64,000 nt of DNA from Bacteroidota bacterium (GTDB lineage: Bacteria; Bacteroidota; Bacteroidia; Bacteroidales; UBA7960): positions 4,962 through 68,961 of the forward strand of contig RECE01000245.1 of NCBI GenBank assembly GCA_007694165.1, read 5' to 3'. A program made the translations under genes and the position numbers. Below are positions 58,069 through 64,000 of the stretch, piece after piece; within the stretch, counting starts at the first letter, position 1, and each line of letters opens with the position of its first letter. The notes beneath the pieces were generated by a model. That model searched no databases. It saw only the letters and a program-made list of their open reading frames with translations, and was not told the origin of the DNA.

Positions 58069-60261
58069 TTATTGCATAACCACTTTCCGTGTTTTGCTTC
58101 CCGTATCCCAGGATACTTTTACAAAATACAATCCTTTGCTTTCATTGCTCATATCAACTGTAAACTGCTGGTCCCAGTATTCTGCCAGCACAGTATCGTG
58201 GTAAACCCGCTGGCCGGTAATGCTGAAAACTTCAATGCTGACCGGTCCGGTTGTTGGGGTCATAACCAAATTGAAACGGTTTTGTGCAGGATTGGGGAAT
58301 ATGTCAAATACAAACTGGTTTTGCCAGTCAGAAACGGATGTTGTGGATTCACTGAATACAGCTTTGGCAATCATATTTGTATTCATGGTAACATCAATTT
58401 CTGCCTGATCATAGTTCATAACTTCACCTGAAGTAATTTGCCACTCTTCAAATTTCCAGCCTGTTGCCGGTTGAGCCGAAAGTGTAATTTCTGAACCTTC
58501 TTCATAGCTGTAAACACCCGGAGCAGGTAAGGTTTGGCCTTCTCCCGCCACAGAAATGGTGAGCTGATAGGTTTGTGCTTCAGTAATCAGGATATATGCA
58601 TCCCTTACCAGTTCTTCTCCATCAATGGAAAGCGTAACGGTTTTATGACCCGGGGTGTTATAGACCACTGTAATGTCTTCAATACCGGAGGCTGTTTCCG
58701 GGTTGGCTCCTTCACCAAAATTCCACACTGCTTCACTAAAATCATCAGTTTCCAGGCAGCCAAGATAATGAAAAGTGATCTCTTCTTCCAAACCGGCTAC
58801 GGTTTGGCTGGCATTGAAATTTACTGCTTCACCTCCCAGTTCAAAGGTCCAGGGACCTGAAGCTCCCGGAAAAGGCTTGGTAATGGTTTTATTGGGGTTG
58901 GTCGCGCTGATATAATACTGAACTGTGGCATTGCATACCTGTGCAGGGATTTGTGCAGAATACTTATCCCCATTCTGAGTCATTTCAATTTCACTGAATT
59001 CGCCCTGGGTGCCGGTCCTGTAAAAAACACTGGCAGAGGTTAATCCGGTTACATTTTTGATGGTAGCTTCCACCTGGTAGTTTTGGTAATAATTGTCTAT
59101 TTCACGAATGGTGGCATGAGAAATAAAGATAGGATCGGTGGCTGCAATTTCTCGTGTTATGCAATGAATAGCACCACTGGCACTGATTACATTATCCATA
59201 TCAATTCCCAGAATTTCGTATCCGGGCATGGCTTGCTGATAAATTTGCAGTGCTTGCTGGTTGAGGGCTGAATTGTAATAATTGGGAACCAGCACCAGAT
59301 CGTTGATGATTATGGAGTTGGTGAAAGTACGGTAGTGAGCGTTGGGAGGGTAGTTACCGCTGGGGCTGGGAACCATAGGGATTCGTACTACCTGGTATTC
59401 TCTGTCATAGCAGGTTGGATGATTGGTTAACAGGTAATTGAGGTTGTATTCAATATGGGGCCCATCGGATACACCCGAAGGGAATTCAGCAACAAGCAGG
59501 GTTTCTTCATCCAGCAACTTCATGTGCATATCCAGGTGACTGATGAGGTCATAGGGAAGTTCATTCATTTTAATGTAGCGGTCTATCCCTTTAAAGCTAT
59601 ACATGATATTGTCGATCTGGGTTTCTGTGAGGCTTGCGTTTTCAGTCAGAATAAGCTTTGAAGAGAAAGCAGCACCGTGCCCATCTGTCATAAAGTTACC
59701 CCCTGTGGCTATCAGACGATTCGGATTATTGGTCATTTGAAAAACCGGGATGTCAAGATAGTTGGACATGTTTACCGGAATCATGTTGTCTGCAGGACGG
59801 GGGCGGTTGTAAACCCAGTCAACAAAAGCCAGTTCATCTGTTCCGTTGAGATAGATGCTCTGCGGTCCATAATCTCTCACCCAAACGGAATTGGAGTTTA
59901 ACTGAACAATGGTAACATTGTCCATGGAAACACCACCCTGATTGAGAAATGATTGCACACTGGAAGGATTGTTGGATATTATATAAACCGGTACGCGAAG
60001 TTTTGCATGTCTTACAATTTCACGCAACTCTGTTGAATAAGCCTGCCACGTAACTATGAGCCCTCCTGCCTCTTCAAATTCAGCAGGGGTGCGGGGTGGA
60101 ACAGCCGGTGGCTGCGTACTTTTTTCTTCGGATTCAAGATTTTGAAGGTAGTCCTCATAAATGGTCTTTTCAAATTCGGTCATGGTTTTTGGAAGATGGC
60201 CCTGACCAAAAGCAGCTATTCCCAACAGGAATAACAAAAGAGTAGTTTGGATGGATTTCAT
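58069..60261 (-). CDS. Agmatine/peptidylarginine deiminase-family enzyme with PKD-like and B-repeat-like domains and T9SS C-terminal domain
   Basis: ORF 58069..60396, probable ATG at 60261 (MKSIQTT; TATCTTTG box at 60394-60401). PAEFE, WVRDYGP, GGNF-DG-G, HLDM, GAIHCIT (catalytic Cys); CTD IFPNPA...GLYFVKV. Confidence 0.9.
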   Translation of the reverse strand: MKSIQTTLLLFLLGIAAFGQGHLPKTMTEFEKTIYEDYLQNLESEEKSTQPPAVPPRTPAEFEEAGGLIVTWQAYSTELREIVRHAKLRVPVYIISNNPSSVQSFLNQGGVSMDNVTIVQLNSNSVWVRDYGPQSIYLNGTDELAFVDWVYNRPRPADNMIPVNMSNYLDIPVFQMTNNPNRLIATGGNFMTDGHGAAFSSKLILTENASLTETQIDNIMYSFKGIDRYIKMNELPYDLISHLDMHMKLLDEETLLVAEFPSGVSDGPHIEYNLNYLLTNHPTCYDREYQVVRIPMVPSPSGNYPPNAHYRTFTNSIIINDLVLVPNYYNSALNQQALQIYQQAMPGYEILGIDMDNVISASGAIHCITREIAATDPIFISHATIREIDNYYQNYQVEATIKNVTGLTSASVFYRTGTQGEFSEIEMTQNGDKYSAQIPAQVCNATVQYYISATNPNKTITKPFPGASGPWTFELGGEAVNFNASQTVAGLEEEITFHYLGCLETDDFSEAVWNFGEGANPETASGIEDITVVYNTPGHKTVTLSIDGEELVRDAYILITEAQTYQLTISVAGEGQTLPAPGVYSYEEGSEITLSAQPATGWKFEEWQITSGEVMNYDQAEIDVTMNTNMIAKAVFSESTTSVSDWQNQFVFDIFPNPAQNRFNLVMTPTTGPVSIEVFSITGQRVYHDTVLAEYWDQQFTVDMSNESKGLYFVKVSWDTGSKTRKVVMQ

Positions 60262-60746
60262 AAATGGGTAAAGTTTTTTAATCGGAAAGTGGTTTGTAAG
60301 TTTTGACTTATATGTAATAGAATTTAGGTTAAAGGCTTTGAAACAGAAAAGAATCTGCAATTTGAAGTTAAATAAGTTTTCTCCGGATACAGGCAAAGAT
60401 AAAATATTATTTCCTTTAATACGTAAACGATCTTTAAAATTGATTTGTTTGATCCTGCAAAGAATACATAGAAATTTTCATTGTCAACCTTTTGCTTATA
60501 GAGTTTATGCAATTTAATTCATGTGGTAAATACTTAATTAGTAATCCGTGAAAGTGGCAAATCAAATAAGGATATACCCGAATTGATTAATTAGAAAATC
60601 AGCTGTAATTTTCGACAAGTTATGGATTACTTACGACGACTTTGTATTTGCCTGAAAGTTAACATCTAAGAGCATGTAAATTCAGGACTAACTGCATGTA
60701 AATATCTATAATTAACACTGCAATCAATATATCAAACAACTTGCGA

Positions 60747-61793
60747 ATGAAAAAAACTTTACTTTTTATACTTTTTCTGATTTCTTTCCATCACCTGTCT
60801 TTTGGGGCTTTTCACGTAGTTTCCAATCAAAATGGGACTGAAAGAGATTTTCGGAGTATACAATCGGCCATTGAACAAGCAGCACCCTATGATACTATTT
60901 TTGTGAAAGGTTCTCCCGTGAATTACGGAAATGTATTGCTGGAGAAACCCCTGGTATTAATAGGAGAGGGGTTTTCTGATGAGTTTTATGTGGGGCATAC
61001 TGCCAAAATTACCCGGATACTATTCACAGCCAATCCTTACCGGCGTACCATATCTTCAGGAAGTGTCATTATGGGTTTTGAATTTCCCTATTTCCCGGGG
61101 CAGCGACCCAATATCATTACCGTTGCCAATGAGCGAATGAATATTGAAAATATTACCCTTGAGCGAAATTGGTTGTGGTTTGTAGAAGTTGTTGGCAATG
61201 CAGAAAACTGGGTTTTTCGCAACAATATTATCAGAGGATGGATAAAAGGGGGAAGCACAGGTGGAAATGAAACCCAGGGGGCATCAGGCTTTGTATTGCA
61301 AAACAATATTATAAATTCGCTGATGGGATTCCACCGGGGAGAAGTTTATATTGAGAATAATGTGATACTGGGCAGGTTAAAAGATATCAGTGGAGCTGTT
61401 GTACAAAACAATATTTTTACCCGGGAAGAATACATTATGGAGGAAGTCTATGGCAGCAGATTTGAAAATAATGTAGCATCAGCAAACCTTATTGGCATTG
61501 AACAGTGTTATGGAAATCCTTCCGGTTTTGAATCAACCTACCTTTGTGAAGGAGCAAACAATACAGGTAAGGGCAACCGGGTAGGGGTAGATCCGGAGTT
61601 TGTTATGTGGCCGGGAGACGATATTATGGGAGGAACTGCTTTTAAACTTTCAGAAAGCTCTCCGGGACGCGGCAACAGGACCAACGGCAATCAGGCAGGA
61701 ATCTTTGGTGGCAAGTATCCTTTTCCTGCCAGTGTCTTCAAAAACCCGGAAATAGATGATCCTTTTCCCTCTTTTGTAACAAGTATTTATTAG
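60747..61793 (+). CDS. Secreted right-handed beta-helix-like protein
   Basis: Signal peptide; FRSIQSAIEQA-x-x-DTIFV-GSP-Y; repeated NNII stacks; C-terminal DP-F...F-L-x-x-SP...GIFGG-YP. Confidence 0.75.
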   Translation: MKKTLLFILFLISFHHLSFGAFHVVSNQNGTERDFRSIQSAIEQAAPYDTIFVKGSPVNYGNVLLEKPLVLIGEGFSDEFYVGHTAKITRILFTANPYRRTISSGSVIMGFEFPYFPGQRPNIITVANERMNIENITLERNWLWFVEVVGNAENWVFRNNIIRGWIKGGSTGGNETQGASGFVLQNNIINSLMGFHRGEVYIENNVILGRLKDISGAVVQNNIFTREEYIMEEVYGSRFENNVASANLIGIEQCYGNPSGFESTYLCEGANNTGKGNRVGVDPEFVMWPGDDIMGGTAFKLSESSPGRGNRTNGNQAGIFGGKYPFPASVFKNPEIDDPFPSFVTSIY

Positions 61794-61869
61794 CTCAGGC
61801 CCTCTTTCTTTGTGCCCTTGATTGGTTGTTAATGATTGCAAGCATGGAGACGATGGCGAGGGTTTACCA

Positions 61870-63237
61870 TCAGAACACAATCCTTTTCCCTGTTCTTTTG
61901 TTGCGCAGAAAACCAGAAATTATCTGTCTTGTGTCCCGGTTATCCTCTGCCGGAGAGAGCAAAATCTTAAAATCATCAGCATTTGCAAGGGGGTGATCGT
62001 TTTGGGCGTAACCATAGCCCATGTATTTTCCATTTTCAATCATAATGAATGAGGTTTCCGACGCTGTGCGTCCGTGGTCAAGAACAATCAGGTTGTCTTT
62101 CATAAAGCCTGCAAATTCAATGGCTTCCTGCGACCTTGTATTGTAGCTTTCGGGCCCTTCCTCTCCTACGCATGCTCCTTTGCATTGTTTAATAGCATAC
62201 TGAAAGCAGGCCGATTTGGTTGCATACAATCCTGTCAGGTTCTGGCAAAGATTGAATTTCTCGGTAAGATTAAACAAAAACTCCTTGCCCTTGTCAAGCG
62301 ACGCAAAACTTGTGTGGGAAACAGCCCCGTTGTTGGTTTTATCAACCTTCAGGCACAGGTATCCATTTTCATCTTTATAGCTAAACAAACCATAATTGAA
62401 AAGACATCTTTTCTGACTCCTGTTGTAAAACGGCTGATGGTGCTTAATCTCCTCCGATTCGCGTAAAAGGGCCAGAAGCTCACTCCCGGTAATTTCAAAC
62501 TCTATTCCGCCTACCTTTTGCACCATTTCAAGGGCTCGCTTTGTCCGGGCTCCACTCAGGTGGGTCAAAACTCTTTTCTTTATGTCCTTGCTTTTTCCTA
62601 TATACAGAACCTTGCCCTCCTCGTCCATGAGATAATAGATACCCGTTTTTGAGGGCAGCTGTTCTATCATCTGTTTGGTAATGACCGGGTTGACAGGATT
62701 GTTGTTAAACTTCATATCAAGTGTTTCACTAAACACACCGGTAGGATTTTGCTGTACCAGTAGCTCAAAAAGTTTTACAGTAGCCATGGCGTCACCTTTG
62801 GCCCGGTGCCTGTCCTCTATTTGTATGTCAAGTTCCTGGCAAAGCTTGCCAAGGCTGTAGGACTTTTTTCCCGGAATGATCTTCCTGCTGAGTTTCACCG
62901 TACATAAACTTTCGCGCTGGTAAAAGTACCCCAGGTTTTTAAACTCTGTTTTTAAAAAATTGTAATCAAAACTTGCATTGTGGGCTACAAAAATGGTGTT
63001 TTCGGTAACTTCTACAATACTTTTGGCGATCTCGTAAAATTTGGGAGCCCTGGCCACCATCTCGTCGGTAATGCCTGTCATACGGGAGATGAAATAGGGA
63101 ATTTTGCGCTCAGGGTTAATCAGTGAATGAAATTCTTTCACAACTTTTCTTCCATCATGCACAAATATTGCTATTTCGGTAATTTTGTCCCGGTAAGGGT
63201 TGCCTCCCGTTGTTTCTATGTCGATTATGGAATACAT
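61870..63237 (-). CDS. DEDDh 3'-5' exonuclease (DnaQ-like) fused to a GIY-YIG (UvrC-like) nuclease domain
   Basis: DIETTG, AHNASFD, HRAKGDA; GIYYL...LYIGKS...KRV-H, ALLRES-EIK; C-x-x-x-x-IKQCKGAC. Confidence 0.92.
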   Translation of the reverse strand: MYSIIDIETTGGNPYRDKITEIAIFVHDGRKVVKEFHSLINPERKIPYFISRMTGITDEMVARAPKFYEIAKSIVEVTENTIFVAHNASFDYNFLKTEFKNLGYFYQRESLCTVKLSRKIIPGKKSYSLGKLCQELDIQIEDRHRAKGDAMATVKLFELLVQQNPTGVFSETLDMKFNNNPVNPVITKQMIEQLPSKTGIYYLMDEEGKVLYIGKSKDIKKRVLTHLSGARTKRALEMVQKVGGIEFEITGSELLALLRESEEIKHHQPFYNRSQKRCLFNYGLFSYKDENGYLCLKVDKTNNGAVSHTSFASLDKGKEFLFNLTEKFNLCQNLTGLYATKSACFQYAIKQCKGACVGEEGPESYNTRSQEAIEFAGFMKDNLIVLDHGRTASETSFIMIENGKYMGYGYAQNDHPLANADDFKILLSPAEDNRDTRQIISGFLRNKRTGKRIVF

Positions 63238-63273
63238 TTTCTCGATTCTCGGGTATAAAGTCTGATTGCGTAT

Positions 63274-63344
63274 TACTTTTGCTACAGCAGCAATGCTGAA
63301 TGCCTGTTATAATTTAAATCCCTGAAGGGTATGAGGCAAAAGTA
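63274..63344. promoter_or_regulatory. Pair of oppositely oriented -7 boxes (TACTTTTG) between divergent genes
   Basis: TACTTTTG on + at 63274-63281 and on - at 63337-63344. Confidence 0.4.
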
Positions 63345-63461
63345 AAGTTTTCATTTTTAAAGTGAGAGAAAAAATCCTTTTCCCAATAAAAAAAAGTGTT
63401 AGCCATTGGTGAAATGATTTAACTTTATCATTTTAAATCCATACCCATTAATCCTATTATC

Positions 63462-64000
63462 ATGAGACGTATTTTTACCCTTGTGCTGCTGAGTTCCCTT
63501 ATCGGTAATCCTGTGTTTTCGGCACCCGACAGCTTATCCGTTGCTCCAGTGAAAACAGGCTGGACCTTTGGCGCACTTCCTGCCGTGGCGTTTAACAGTG
63601 ACGAAGGCTTTCGCTACGGAGCACTGGCCAACTTTTTTTACTATGGAGATGGCAGCACTTTTCCCAATTATATGCATTCTCTTTATTTTGAGTGGTCGCG
63701 CACAACCAAAGGAAACGGACTCAACAACTTTTTCTATGATTCGCCTTTCCTCATTCCCGATACCCGCACTACGTTCGATTTGATGTATCTGACCGAGCAG
63801 GCCCTTGATTTTTATGGATTCAATGGCTATGAAGCCAGTTATGACAGAGATTTGGAAGATCAGGATATGGACGGTGGTTCGCGTATGTTTTACCGATACG
63901 ACCGCAAACTACTGCGTATTACTGCTGATTTTCAAAGACGTTTCATGCACGATGACTGGAAATGGCTCGGGGGAGCAGGTTTTTTTGGTGTGAAAGTGGG
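63462..64000 (+). CDS. Omp85/BamA-TamA-like outer-membrane beta-barrel protein, partial (runs off the window)
   Basis: Hand translation from the ATG at 63462: MRRIFTLVLLSSLIGNPVFS...KTGWTFGALPAVAFNSDEGFRYG...YGDGSTFPNY...SRTTKG...DFYGFNGY; open to the end of the window. Confidence 0.8.
   Translation, partial: MRRIFTLVLLSSLIGNPVFSAPDSLSVAPVKTGWTFGALPAVAFNSDEGFRYGALANFFYYGDGSTFPNYMHSLYFEWSRTTKGNGLNNFFYDSPFLIPDTRTTFDLMYLTEQALDFYGFNGYEASYDRDLEDQDMDGGSRMFYRYDRKLLRITADFQRRFMHDDWKWLGGAGFFGVKV

Noticed and set aside
60262-60396. N-terminal extensions given by the ORF track (also for 9261, 11167, 14587, 22684, 22878, 25390, 31558, 43325)
   Set aside because: The upstream starts, mostly TTG/GTG, overlap promoter boxes or precede the evident signal peptide or family N-terminus; downstream ATGs fit better.
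63272-63346. Inverted repeat TTACTTTTGC...GCAAAAGTAA read as a mobile-element end or terminator
   Set aside because: More simply explained as two oppositely oriented TAnnTTTG promoter boxes for the divergent genes.
1-64000. rRNA, tRNA, transposases, integrases, prophage or known anti-phage systems
   Set aside because: No recognisable motifs found by eye; a tRNAscan/Infernal/DefenseFinder run would be needed to exclude them formally.

Overview
A gene-dense chromosomal window from a member of the Bacteroidota, probably an environmental Bacteroidales. Evidence for this: type IX secretion (T9SS) C-terminal domains, a TonB-dependent receptor + DUF4249 pair, a GH13_8-type glgB, and many TAnnTTTG -7 promoter boxes just upstream of genes. 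About 42 CDS are present, mostly housekeeping (lplA, rnz, glgB, phrB, dapA, ppc, ptrB) plus many secreted or periplasmic peptidases. I saw no rRNA, tRNA, CRISPR array, transposase or prophage. Main observations: (1) a cphB - cphA2-like - iadA cyanophycin cluster (6005-10313, minus strand). Its 636-aa synthetase looks like CphA2, the beta-Asp-Arg dipeptide polymerase known from diazotrophic cyanobacteria, and not like CphA1. (2) A YfiR-like protein followed by two paralogous sensor-HAMP-GAF-coiled-coil-PAS membrane receptors that have no output domain but carry chemoreceptor-like EExxA[ST] motifs. (3) A 1011-aa protein with a degenerate P-loop NTPase domain, directly upstream of an MscS channel gene. 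(4) A mosaic of five REP-like hairpins at 46982-47213. (5) A TPR sensor with an eroded PP2C/SpoIIE-like domain. All family assignments come from motif recognition by eye, with no database searches, and refined start codons are my own choices.
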